Below, in pieces: positions 40,260 through 49,193 of a stretch of DNA of 64,000 bases (its first letter is position 1; every line of letters begins with the position of its first letter). This DNA comes from an uncultured Chloroflexia bacterium (GTDB taxonomy: Bacteria > Chloroflexota > Limnocylindria > Limnocylindrales > CSP1-4): the NCBI GenBank assembly GCA_963819655.1, contig CAWFXA010000001.1, positions 288,001-352,000 of the forward strand. The letters run 5' to 3'. The notes beneath the pieces were generated by a model, which was given only the letters and a program-made list of their open reading frames with translations, did no database searches and was not told the origin of the DNA. A program made the translations under genes and the position numbers.

Positions 40260-42494
40260 ATGGAGCGCCCCGTCCGTCGCCGGCCCCACGCGGCCGGCCT
40301 CGCTTTTCTGGCCGTGCTCGGCCTGGCGTTGCCCAGCGCCGCCGCGGCCGCCGGCCCGCCGTTCCCCGATCCCGTCGACGGCCAGGCGGTCTACGACACG
40401 GCCGAGCTGTTCACACAGGAAACGCGCGAGCAGGCCGAGCTCATCATCGACGCGATCGAGGCTCAGACGAAGGCCGAGGTCGTCGTCTACACGCAGGGTC
40501 TCGGCCGCGACGACATCACGACCGATGAGGCCGAATCAGACGCCGAGGCGCTCATGGACCAATGGGGCGTCGGCCGGATCGGGCTGAATGACGGGCTGGT
40601 CATCCTGTTCGACCTCGACACCACCATGCGCCACGGGCAGGTCCAGCTGTATGCCGGCCCGGGCTTCTCGTCGTCGTACCTGTCGAACGAGGAGCGCCAG
40701 GCGATCTACGAGGGGACGATGCTCCCGCTCCTGGCTGACGGGAACTTCGACGACGCGCTGCTCGCGGCTCTCGCGGAGGTCGTCAACGCGACGTTCGACG
40801 GGTCGCCGCCGGGGTCGCCTGAGCAGCCGAGCGGCCCGGTCATCGCCCCCGGGCCGCCGTTCCCGGAACCCGAGGTCGATCGCGCCGTGTACGACTTCGC
40901 CGGCATCCTGTCGGCCGACGCGATCGTCCGCGCCGAATCGACGATCGATGCCATCGAGGCGCGGACCGCGGCCGAGATCGTCGTGTATACCGAGCTCGTC
41001 GACTACGGCGGGTCGCCGGGGGAGACCGAGTCCCGCGCGATCGCGCTGATCGATCAATGGGGCGTCGGCCGGCAGGGCTTCGACGACGGCCTGGCGATCT
41101 TCTTCGACATCGATCCCTCGCTCGAGCACGGCCAGGTCCAGCTGTATGCCGCGCCCGGCTTCGAGGCGACCTATCTGTCGAACAGCGAGCGCCAGCGGAT
41201 CTTCGAGGACGACATGGTCCCGCACCTTCGGGAGGCGGATTTTGACGGTGCGTTGGATGCCGCGATGGCCAAGATCGATGCCGTGGCCACGCCCGGGAAC
41301 GCGGCACGCCTGCAGGCGGGTCGGCAGTTCAACGCGGTGCTGGGGCTGATCGGCGCACCGATCGTGTTGCTCGGGCTGGCGGGCTGGGCGTTCTTCTCCT
41401 GGCGGCGCTTCGGCAAGGACCCCGTGTACCTCGACGACCCGTCGATCCTGATGCCCGCTCCACCGCCCGACCTGACCGCCGCGTCCGGCGCGTTCGTGAT
41501 GGACGGCGGCACATCCCGGCGCGCGCTCACGACCGCGATGCTCGACCTCGCGTCGCGTGGCCTCATCTCGTTCCGCGAGGACAAGGGTCTGCTCGGCCTG
41601 TCGCACAAGGTCGGCGTCGACACCGATCCCGAGCGAGGCGGCGACGTCGAGGAGGCGCAGCGGGCCCGTAACGCCCGCCGGCCCATCGGTCCCGCGGAGG
41701 ACCACGCGCTCCGCCACCTCCGGAGCCTGGCCAAGGACGAGGGGTTCATCGAGCCCGACGAGCTCCCGTCGTTCGGGGCCTCGGTCAGCGACTTCGACAG
41801 GAAGCTCGAGGATCACGTCGTCCATGGCGGCTGGATGGTCGAGCAGCCGCGCAGGGTCATCGCGCGCTGGGTCGCCAAGGGGATCCTGGCGATCGCGGCC
41901 GGTGCGGTCGCGATCTTCCTCGGCGTCAACGTGCCGATCTCGGGGCTCGTGCTCATTGGCGTGGCGGCCATCGCCGGCGGAGTGGTGATCATCGTTTTCG
42001 CGCGGAGCATGCCGACCGTGACGATGGCAGGGTCGATGATCCGGGCCATGCTGGCGGCCTACCGGCGGACGCTGCACAAGACGATGGAGCAGGCGCGCTC
42101 GATGCAGCAGGTCGTCGACCAGGCCGGTCTGACCTGGCTCGAGACGCCGGACCAGGCGGTCGTGTGGGGCACGGCGCTGGGGCTGCAGAACGACATCGAG
42201 GATGTGCTCAAGCGCTCGCTCGAGGACGTGCGCGAATCGCCGAACCTCGCGTCGTCGACGTATTTCCCGATCTGGTACAGCTCGTCCGACGGCTCGTCGG
42301 TCGCGAGTGGCATGGCGAGCAGCGGCGGGTCGATCTTCTCGGGATCGGCCGTGCCCGACCTCGGCGGGATGATGTCGGCGCTCGGCACCATCGGGAACTC
42401 CCCGTCGTCGTCGGGGGGTAGCGGCAGCGGTGGCGGCGGGTTCGGCGGCGGCTCCTCGGGCGGTGGCGGCGGAGGCGCCGGCGGCGGGTTCTAG
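40260..42494 (+). CDS. Membrane protein with two tandem TPM domains and a DUF2207-like C-terminus with Gly/Ser tail
   Basis: Duplicated GPPFP.P...AVYD..QWGVGR.G..DGL..HGQVQLYA.PGF units; TMs; GGGFGGGSSGGGGGGAGGGF tail. Confidence 0.85.
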   Translation: MERPVRRRPHAAGLAFLAVLGLALPSAAAAAGPPFPDPVDGQAVYDTAELFTQETREQAELIIDAIEAQTKAEVVVYTQGLGRDDITTDEAESDAEALMDQWGVGRIGLNDGLVILFDLDTTMRHGQVQLYAGPGFSSSYLSNEERQAIYEGTMLPLLADGNFDDALLAALAEVVNATFDGSPPGSPEQPSGPVIAPGPPFPEPEVDRAVYDFAGILSADAIVRAESTIDAIEARTAAEIVVYTELVDYGGSPGETESRAIALIDQWGVGRQGFDDGLAIFFDIDPSLEHGQVQLYAAPGFEATYLSNSERQRIFEDDMVPHLREADFDGALDAAMAKIDAVATPGNAARLQAGRQFNAVLGLIGAPIVLLGLAGWAFFSWRRFGKDPVYLDDPSILMPAPPPDLTAASGAFVMDGGTSRRALTTAMLDLASRGLISFREDKGLLGLSHKVGVDTDPERGGDVEEAQRARNARRPIGPAEDHALRHLRSLAKDEGFIEPDELPSFGASVSDFDRKLEDHVVHGGWMVEQPRRVIARWVAKGILAIAAGAVAIFLGVNVPISGLVLIGVAAIAGGVVIIVFARSMPTVTMAGSMIRAMLAAYRRTLHKTMEQARSMQQVVDQAGLTWLETPDQAVVWGTALGLQNDIEDVLKRSLEDVRESPNLASSTYFPIWYSSSDGSSVASGMASSGGSIFSGSAVPDLGGMMSALGTIGNSPSSSGGSGSGGGGFGGGSSGGGGGGAGGGF

Positions 42495-42549
42495 GCTCCT
42501 GCTCCGGCCGCGCGCTCCGGCCGCGCTCGCAGGTCGCACTCGACCCGCG

Positions 42550-42673
42550 AATCACCGCTGCCCGGTGCTATCGACCACGAAGACCCACTCAGTCCGCACG
42601 TTTACACCGCCCAACGACGAGATCGACCGCCGCCGAGGACCTCCGCCGTCGGAATCACCGGCCGGCGGTGGAT
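42550..42673. repeat. Intergenic inverted-repeat element (26-nt arms, 72-nt spacer)
   Basis: 42550-42575 versus the reverse complement of 42648-42673: 19/26 identical. Confidence 0.55.
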
Positions 42674-42695
42674 CTGCCGACGTGCTTCGCTGGTA

Positions 42696-43061
42696 TCACC
42701 TCACAGCGGTGGTCCGCGTGCGGCAATGTCCCTCGCCGGGACTATGTCTGCTACTCCTCGCGAACGGAGGAGTGACCTCCCGCAGGGACGCCTCGCAGTC
42801 GGCGACATCCTCTCGTGGGCACGACAGCCGTAGCGCCCACGGTCCCAGTTCCGTGGCGATGTAGTACTGCAGGTGGACGATGTCGTCGCCACCTGGCTCC
42901 GCGTTCATCATCTCCAGGCGGAGCGCTTCGCCGAGCTGAAGGTGGACGCGCCCAAGGGAGCGGATCCGCATCTCGGTCGCATTCGGATGGATGCCATATC
43001 GCCATCGGCTGAGCGGCGACGCAAGCGACTCGGTCTTCTCCGCCTCCCGTCCGAGGACCAT
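42696..43061 (-). CDS. Hypothetical protein, possibly degraded
   Basis: RVHLQLGEALRL..QYYI resembles RVTLPAGEALHL..QYLV in the lipoprotein at 54101; start uncertain. Confidence 0.45.
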   Translation of the reverse strand: MVLGREAEKTESLASPLSRWRYGIHPNATEMRIRSLGRVHLQLGEALRLEMMNAEPGGDDIVHLQYYIATELGPWALRLSCPREDVADCEASLREVTPPFARSSRHSPGEGHCRTRTTAVR

Positions 43062-43200
43062 ACGCCGGGTCGCCAGCTTGGCAGGATCGATGTCACATCG
43101 GGCCGCCACCGACTCCGGCCCGCAGATGGAACGGTTCGAGGATGAGACTGCCCTAGTCTGTGAGCGCGGCGACAACCGTCGCGCCGCATGGATGACGAGG

Positions 43201-43755
43201 ATGGATCGAACACTCGTCGAACGGGCACGTCAGGGCGATCACGCCGCCTTCGCCATCCTGGCGGAGTCGGCGACCGATCGGCTGTACGGCGTCGCGACGC
43301 TCATCCTTCGGGATCCTGACCGCGCCCAGGACGCGGTCCAGGAGGCGCTCATCTCCGCCTGGAGAGATGTGCGGGCCCTGCGGGATCCCGATGCGTGGGA
43401 CGCGTGGATCCATCGACTCGTGGTCAGAGCGTGTTACCGAGAGGCCGACCGACACCGTCGGCGGCGATTGATCGTCGACACGTTCGATCCGACCCCGCCG
43501 AGCATCGGCGATGCGTCGGCAGATCTCGCCGACCGCGACGAGATCGAGCGCGGCTTCCGACGGCTGACCGTCGAGCAGCGCGCGATCCTCGTATTGCACT
43601 TCCACGGCGGGCTATCGGCGGCCGAGACCGGCAACGTCCTTGGGATCCCCGAGGGCACGGCGAAGTCTCGGCTCAATCGGGCACTGCATGCGATGCGTGC
43701 GGCGCTCGAGGCCGACGCCCGATCCACTCAGCTCAATCCGGGGCGACTGGCATGA
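43201..43755 (+). CDS. ECF RNA polymerase sigma factor
   Basis: LVERARQGD, AQDAVQEA, FRRLTVEQRAILVLH, LGIPEGTAKSRL. Confidence 0.93.
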   Translation: MDRTLVERARQGDHAAFAILAESATDRLYGVATLILRDPDRAQDAVQEALISAWRDVRALRDPDAWDAWIHRLVVRACYREADRHRRRRLIVDTFDPTPPSIGDASADLADRDEIERGFRRLTVEQRAILVLHFHGGLSAAETGNVLGIPEGTAKSRLNRALHAMRAALEADARSTQLNPGRLA

Positions 43756-45011
43756 ACGCGTCGCACGACATCGAACGAGACCTCGCACGGTGGATGGAGG
43801 CCGTCGCGCCGTCGCGGGCGCCCGACAACCTCGCGCCTGGGATCGTCGAACGAACACGCTCGTTGCGGCCGCGTCCAGGTTGGCTCGCCCGCCTCATGGA
43901 GCCTCCGATGCAGACGCAACTTTCGTTGAGGAACTACTTTGGCTTCGGCCGATCCGCGCGGTTGATCCTCGTCGGCCTGCTGATCCTCGCCCTCACGGTC
44001 GGTGGGATCGTCGTGGGAAGCCAGCTCTTGCAGCAGCGACCCCTACCCCCTCCGTTCGGCCTCGCCGGCAATGGGTTGCTCGCAGCGAACGTCAACGGCG
44101 AGATCGTCCTCATGGAGCCTGACGGGTCGACCGCACAACCTCTCGTGCTGCCCTTCGAAGGCGTCACCGGGACCTCGTTCTCGCGCGACGGAACCAGGAT
44201 CGCCGCGTGGGCGACTCCGGACACCGGTCGCGGGAGTCAGAAGTCGCTGATCGTCGCGAACGCAGATGGATCCGAGGCCTTCGAGGTCGACACTGCCAAG
44301 CTCGTCGGCGACCCTGGTTTTCGGATCGCCTGGTCACCGGACGATCGACGTCTGGCCTTCAGCGGGTCAGGCAATCGGCTGTACGTCGCCGACATCGACG
44401 CCCGAACGATCAGTGAACTCGGACCGGACGAGTCGATCAAGTTCCGCAAGGATCCCGCTTGGGCTCCGGACGGACGGCTCGCCTACCAATGCACGACCAG
44501 CGGCGTGCCGCACCTCTGCGTCATGAGTGCGGATTTTCAAGTCGAGCAGATGCTGCAGACGTCGGCCGGAACCGAGTTTGCGTTCCACGCCCCGTCGTGG
44601 TCACACGATGGCAGGTCGATCGCCTACCAGGTCGACGATACGATCGATCCCCAGCCTGGCGGCGGCTTCGGTTGGGACGTGGCCACGATCGACGTCGTCA
44701 CCGGGAAAGAGAAGGTCCTCACGCGCGGCTTTGCGGACCACACCATCCTGCCGGTCTGGAGCCCGGACGACCGGCATCTGCTGTTCCTGACGGAAGGCGG
44801 TCCGGGTGTCGTGCGGTCCGACGGAACGGACCTGCGACTATTCGGGCAGACGGCGTGCCCATGGATCGAGCCGTCGCCCGATGGCGCATTTGCGACCTGC
44901 CCATCTGGCAACGAAGTCGTGCTGTACCCGATCGAGAGTGGCGGCCAGCCAACGGTCATCGAACTCGGAGGTCCGGTCGAATCCGTCAACTGGCAGCGCG
45001 TGGCCAACTGA
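43752..45011 (+). CDS. Putative anti-sigma factor with TM and extracytoplasmic TolB-like (PD40) beta-propeller
   Basis: ATGA overlap with the sigma factor; one TM; repeated FSRDG/WSPDD/WAPDG/WSHDG. Confidence 0.82.
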   Translation: MNASHDIERDLARWMEAVAPSRAPDNLAPGIVERTRSLRPRPGWLARLMEPPMQTQLSLRNYFGFGRSARLILVGLLILALTVGGIVVGSQLLQQRPLPPPFGLAGNGLLAANVNGEIVLMEPDGSTAQPLVLPFEGVTGTSFSRDGTRIAAWATPDTGRGSQKSLIVANADGSEAFEVDTAKLVGDPGFRIAWSPDDRRLAFSGSGNRLYVADIDARTISELGPDESIKFRKDPAWAPDGRLAYQCTTSGVPHLCVMSADFQVEQMLQTSAGTEFAFHAPSWSHDGRSIAYQVDDTIDPQPGGGFGWDVATIDVVTGKEKVLTRGFADHTILPVWSPDDRHLLFLTEGGPGVVRSDGTDLRLFGQTACPWIEPSPDGAFATCPSGNEVVLYPIESGGQPTVIELGGPVESVNWQRVAN

Positions 45012-45030
45012 CTCCGCGATCCGGGCTTGG

Positions 45031-45075
45031 AACGGCTGCGGCTCGGCTGCAGCCGTTTCTCGCTTTTCGTTTCGG
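45031..45075 (+). terminator. Intrinsic terminator
   Basis: AACGGCTGC-N9-GCAGCCGTT followed by TCTCGCTTTTCGTTT. Confidence 0.6.
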
Positions 45076-45150
45076 CCTGGCCTGATCCCCGACGGACTCG
45101 AGCGAGAACGCCCAAGGTACAGCCGGGCGACCTGGCTAGGCGTCCGAATG

Positions 45151-45357
45151 TCACCGGCGATAGTCGGCGCCGATCGACCGGGGAACGGCGAACGGCATCT
45201 CGTCGTGCGAGTGGATGCCAGCCTTGGCGAGGTCCATCAGCGCCAGCAGGTCGTCGTCCGTCGGCAGGCGGAGCACCGGGCGCTCCGAGCGGATCCGCAG
45301 CCCGTAGATCGGCCAGGCAGCGGCGAGTGACGTGGCCACGGGCTCGACGGCGTGCAT
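45151..45357 (-). pseudogene. Truncated GNAT acetyltransferase remnant
   Basis: WPIYGLRIRSERPVLRLPTDDDLLALMDLAKAGIH..MPF resembles the N-terminus of RimJ/RimL-type GNATs, then stops at 68 aa. Confidence 0.6.
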
Positions 45358-45382
45358 GGGCGCCCGACGCTACACTCCGGCC

Positions 45383-45712
45383 ATGGGTGCTGTCGAGACG
45401 ATGGAAGACTTCTTCGAGAAGCTGAATGCCGGCGATCGCCAGGGCGCGGTCGACCTGATGGACGAGAAGACCGAGATGCGCGTCCACGTCGGCGACAACG
45501 TCCAGACGCTCCGCGGGGTCGAGCGGGTGGGTGGTTGGTTCCTGCGCGGCGACGCAGGCCTCCGGATGATCCCGGGCGAGATCCGTGACACCGGCAACAC
45601 CTATGAAGCCGACCTCCTGGTCGTGCGCCCAGGCGCGCCGACCCAGCACATCGACGCCACGTTCCGGGTCGAGGCAGGACGGATCACAGCGATCAACATC
45701 GCGCCGCGCTAA
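45383..45712 (+). CDS. NTF2/SnoaL-like small protein
   Basis: FFEKLNAGDRQGAVDLMD..LRG..TFRVEAGRITAI pattern. Confidence 0.75.
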   Translation: MGAVETMEDFFEKLNAGDRQGAVDLMDEKTEMRVHVGDNVQTLRGVERVGGWFLRGDAGLRMIPGEIRDTGNTYEADLLVVRPGAPTQHIDATFRVEAGRITAINIAPR

Positions 45713-45720
45713 GACGGCCG

Positions 45721-47007
45721 CTACGACGGCGAGGGCGACGCCTCGGCCGGGACCTCCTCGGTCACCGGCACCGGGATGATGATCTCGTCGCCGACCTTGA
45801 TCCGGTTCGGGTTCGAGATGCGGTCCTTGTTGGCCTCCAGCAACGCGTCGAGCGTCACATTGAACTCGCGCGCGATCCGCGACAGCGTGTCACCCGCCTT
45901 GATGACATAGGTCTGCGGGGTCGGGTCCGGGATCGGGGTTGGCTCAGTCGACGGGGTCGCCACCGCGACGGACGGGCTCGCGCTGGACGCGCCGCCGCCA
46001 CCATTCGGACCGCCGACGCCGAGCAATGCCGGCAGGAAGAACAGGATCAGCGCGGCAAGAACCACGCCGCCGAAGAGGATCCCCACGGTCGGGATCGCCG
46101 GGAGACCCGAGAGCCCGGCCCGCGTCTTGATCGACGGGTACGCCTCATTGCGACGCTGGCGCTCCCAGAGCGGCCCATCGTTGTCGGCTCGATCGGCCGC
46201 TCGATCGCGAGTGCGACCGCCGTCGCGCGTCGAACTGACGGTCGGGCGCCGCGCCGGTCGCGTCGGCGGTCGCACGACCGGATGGGCTTCGTCCTCCTCG
46301 GCCTGGCGCGCTGTGCGCCCGACGAGCCCGGCCAGGTCCGGGTCGGCGGGGACGGCCGGGCTGTCCTGCGGGGGCGACGGTGGGCGCGGCGATGAGCGCT
46401 GGCCCCACTCATCTGTGACGGCACCGCCTAGCGCCAGCCGGTCCGCGGCGCTGCCGGCCAGGCCCTGTCCCTCTGCCGGGACGGGCTGTCGATCGGCAGC
46501 ATCGTCGGGGCGCGGCCCTTCGCGCCGCGGCCCACCGCCGCCCGGGCCAGACGCCCACGGTGGCGGGGCGGCCCAGTCGCGGGGCGGATTGCGCCGAGGG
46601 GGATCCTCGAGCGGCGGTTCCGGCCTGGCCTGGCCCCAGAGATCGGCGTCGGCGTCGGCATCCCCGTCGTCGGCGGCGCTCAGGATCGCTCCGGCCGCGA
46701 CCGCATCGGCAGGCCCCACATCAGCGAGCCCCGCCCCGTCGTCATCTGTAACCGCAGCGACGGCCGCGCCCGGGATGGCACGAGCGGCCTCCCGCCGCGC
46801 CCATTCCTGGAAGGTCGGGCAGACGGGGAACGCGGACGAGAGGCAGTACGCCTCCTGGTGGGCGAGGGCGCGCGGTGCCGGCTCCGTCTCGGCGAAGCAC
46901 CGGTGGCGGTGATCCGGCCGATCGGCGCGCTCGTCGCGATCGTCCTCGAATGCGACGAACGGGCAGGCCGATGAACCGTCCGCGCTGGGCAACCCTCGGT
47001 CCGTCAT
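45721..47007 (-). CDS. LysM peptidoglycan-binding membrane protein with N-terminal Cys/His motif
   Basis: C-terminal YVIKAGDTLSRIAREFNVTLDALLEAN..IKVGDEIIIP; single TM; N-terminal CPF..HRHRC..HQEAYC..CP. Confidence 0.88.
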   Translation of the reverse strand: MTDRGLPSADGSSACPFVAFEDDRDERADRPDHRHRCFAETEPAPRALAHQEAYCLSSAFPVCPTFQEWARREAARAIPGAAVAAVTDDDGAGLADVGPADAVAAGAILSAADDGDADADADLWGQARPEPPLEDPPRRNPPRDWAAPPPWASGPGGGGPRREGPRPDDAADRQPVPAEGQGLAGSAADRLALGGAVTDEWGQRSSPRPPSPPQDSPAVPADPDLAGLVGRTARQAEEDEAHPVVRPPTRPARRPTVSSTRDGGRTRDRAADRADNDGPLWERQRRNEAYPSIKTRAGLSGLPAIPTVGILFGGVVLAALILFFLPALLGVGGPNGGGGASSASPSVAVATPSTEPTPIPDPTPQTYVIKAGDTLSRIAREFNVTLDALLEANKDRISNPNRIKVGDEIIIPVPVTEEVPAEASPSPS

Positions 47008-47085
47008 CCGGTCGATGATACCCGCGGTGCTGCCGATGTTCCGGTGCGTCGACACCCCAACCCTTCCGTGCCACCCCGCGAGAGG

Positions 47086-47112
47086 CGGTTGCCACGCAAC
47101 ACGTGGTAACCG
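47086..47112. promoter_or_regulatory. Inverted repeat upstream of the RraA/ATP-grasp operon
   Basis: CGGTTGCCACG-CAACA-CGTGGTAACCG, 10/11 match. Confidence 0.45.
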
Positions 47113-47154
47113 GTCGTTGCCCGGGCAGAAATACGTCGCCAGCACGCTTGGTCA

Positions 47155-47979
47155 ATGGAATCATCGACGCTCACCCTGCACACCGCCGATCGGATCGAGC
47201 CCTCCACGGCCGCCGTGCCGGTCGGCCCTGGTCTCGACCCCGGATCGGCCAAACCGCGGTCCGCCGAGATGCACCCGGGCCCGGGCTTCAGGCTCCGCTA
47301 CGACATCGACCGGCCGAGCCCGGCGATCCTCGAGCGCCTCGGCCGTTTCGACACCCCATCGATCTCGGACCAGCTGAACCGGCTGTTCACGATGTCGGCG
47401 GCGATCCAGCTCCAGACAGATCCGCAGCATCGGATCCTCGGGCCGGCCGTCACGGTGAAGGTGTTCCCCGGCGACAACCTCATGGTCCACAAGAGCCTGG
47501 ACATCGCCAGGCCCGGCGACATCCTGGTGGTCGACGCGAGCGGCTCCGCGCTGACGGCGGTGCTCGGCGACCTCATCTCGACGAAGGCGCGGCACCGCGG
47601 CATCGCCGGCGTGGTGATCGACGGCCTGGTGCGCGACCTCCCGGCCATCCAGGCCCTCGGCGACTTCCCGGTCTTCGCACGCGGCGTCACCCCGATCGGT
47701 CCGCTCCACCGCGGACCCGGCGAGGTCAACTTCCCGATCTCGGCCGGAGGCATTGTGGTCAATCCCGGTGATGTCATCTCCGGCGATCTCAACGGCGTCG
47801 TGGTAATCCCGCGCGACGTGCTGCCCGCGATCCTGCAGCGGCTCGAGATCCGAGAGGCCATCGAGGCCGAGTACCACGCCGCCGTCCAGCGCGGCGACTT
47901 CTCCAACGCGTGGGTCGACCAGACCCTCGAGGAGGCCGGCGTCGCGGTCGCTCCGGACCCGACGATCGGCCTTCGGTGA
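47155..47979 (+). CDS. RraA-family / HMG-CHA aldolase-like protein
   Basis: TPSISDQL, GPAVTV, PGDNLMVH, D-x20-R-D metal/substrate motif, PGDVISGDLNGVVVIP. Confidence 0.9.
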   Translation: MESSTLTLHTADRIEPSTAAVPVGPGLDPGSAKPRSAEMHPGPGFRLRYDIDRPSPAILERLGRFDTPSISDQLNRLFTMSAAIQLQTDPQHRILGPAVTVKVFPGDNLMVHKSLDIARPGDILVVDASGSALTAVLGDLISTKARHRGIAGVVIDGLVRDLPAIQALGDFPVFARGVTPIGPLHRGPGEVNFPISAGGIVVNPGDVISGDLNGVVVIPRDVLPAILQRLEIREAIEAEYHAAVQRGDFSNAWVDQTLEEAGVAVAPDPTIGLR

Positions 47980-49184
47980 GCCTGCGTCACCTGCCGCCGG
48001 CCGTCCTTCTGGGCGGCAACGCGAACACGGTCTCGGTCGCGCGAAGCCTGGGCCGTCGTGGTGTCGACGTCACGGTCTACGGCAACGGCCACCCGCACGT
48101 CCGCTACTCGCGGTTCTGTACACGCTACGTGGACGTCGGGCGTGGACCCGACATCGGCGATCGCTGGCTACGCCATCTGCTCGACCGGCCACGGGACGCC
48201 GTCATCCTCCCGTGCGATGACGATGCGTTGGCAATGCTGGCTCGCAGCCGGAGCGCGCTGGCCCAAGCCGGCTACAGCCCGTTCGAGGCGCGTGACGATG
48301 TCGTCCTCTCGATGCTCGACAAGGCTCGGACCTACGAGCTGGCGGCTGCCGCCGGCGTCCCGGCACCGTGGTTCCTCCGACTGACCGACGCGGCCTCGGT
48401 CGATCGAGCGATCGAGGAGATCGGGTTCCCGAGCGCACTCAAGCCGGTCAGCTCGCATGCGTTCGCGCGTGTCTACCGCGGGCGCAAGGCGTTCATCGTC
48501 AAATCGGCCGACGAGATGCGCCAGCGCAAAGCCGAGACGGCCGAGTACGGGCTCGCGATGATGGCCATCGAGATCATCCCGGGCCGGGATGACCGCCTGT
48601 GCTCCTACTACGCCTACATCGATGAGCACGGGCGGTCGCTGGTCACGCTGACGAAGCGCAAGATCCGCCAATACCCGACAGGGTTCGGGCTGGGCTCCTT
48701 CGAGATCACCGACGAGGCCCCCGATGTCGCCGCGGCCGGTGCGGCCTTCTTCGCGTCGGTCGGGATCCGTGGCCTTGCGAACGTCGAGTTCAAGCGCGAC
48801 GACCGCGACGGGACCCTCCGATTGATCGAGTGCAATCACAGGTTCACGGCGTCCAATGAGCTCGTGCGCGTGGCGGGCGTCGACCTGGCGTGGCTCGCTT
48901 ATGCCCGGCTGGCCGGCGTGACCCCACCGCCGCTCGATCGATACCGGCCGGGCGTGACGCTCTGGAACCCATCGCGCGACCTGCGCGGGATCGCGAGCGC
49001 GACGCGTCGGGGGCAGACGCGCGTCGACGAATGGCTGCCGGGTCTGCTGCGCCGCCACGTGCTGCCCGTGTTCCGCTGGGACGACCCGGCTCCGACCATC
49101 GCGTATCACGCATCGACCCTCGCGCGCATCCCGGCCAAGGTGGGTTTTCGGGCAGAGATCGGTCCCGCCGTCTCGGCCTCCTGA
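47976..49184 (+). CDS. ATP-grasp carboxylate-amine ligase (D-aspartate ligase-like)
   Basis: VARSLGRRGV, LDKARTY, FPSALKP, EIIPG, RKIRQYP, NVEFKRD, LIECNHRF; GTGA overlap. Confidence 0.87.
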   Translation: MSLRHLPPAVLLGGNANTVSVARSLGRRGVDVTVYGNGHPHVRYSRFCTRYVDVGRGPDIGDRWLRHLLDRPRDAVILPCDDDALAMLARSRSALAQAGYSPFEARDDVVLSMLDKARTYELAAAAGVPAPWFLRLTDAASVDRAIEEIGFPSALKPVSSHAFARVYRGRKAFIVKSADEMRQRKAETAEYGLAMMAIEIIPGRDDRLCSYYAYIDEHGRSLVTLTKRKIRQYPTGFGLGSFEITDEAPDVAAAGAAFFASVGIRGLANVEFKRDDRDGTLRLIECNHRFTASNELVRVAGVDLAWLAYARLAGVTPPPLDRYRPGVTLWNPSRDLRGIASATRRGQTRVDEWLPGLLRRHVLPVFRWDDPAPTIAYHASTLARIPAKVGFRAEIGPAVSAS

Positions 49185-49193
49185 GGCGTCCGG

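Noticed and set aside
47104-47120. Sigma54 promoter (TGG..TTGC)
   Set aside because: The GG-GC spacing is 12 nt rather than the required 10.
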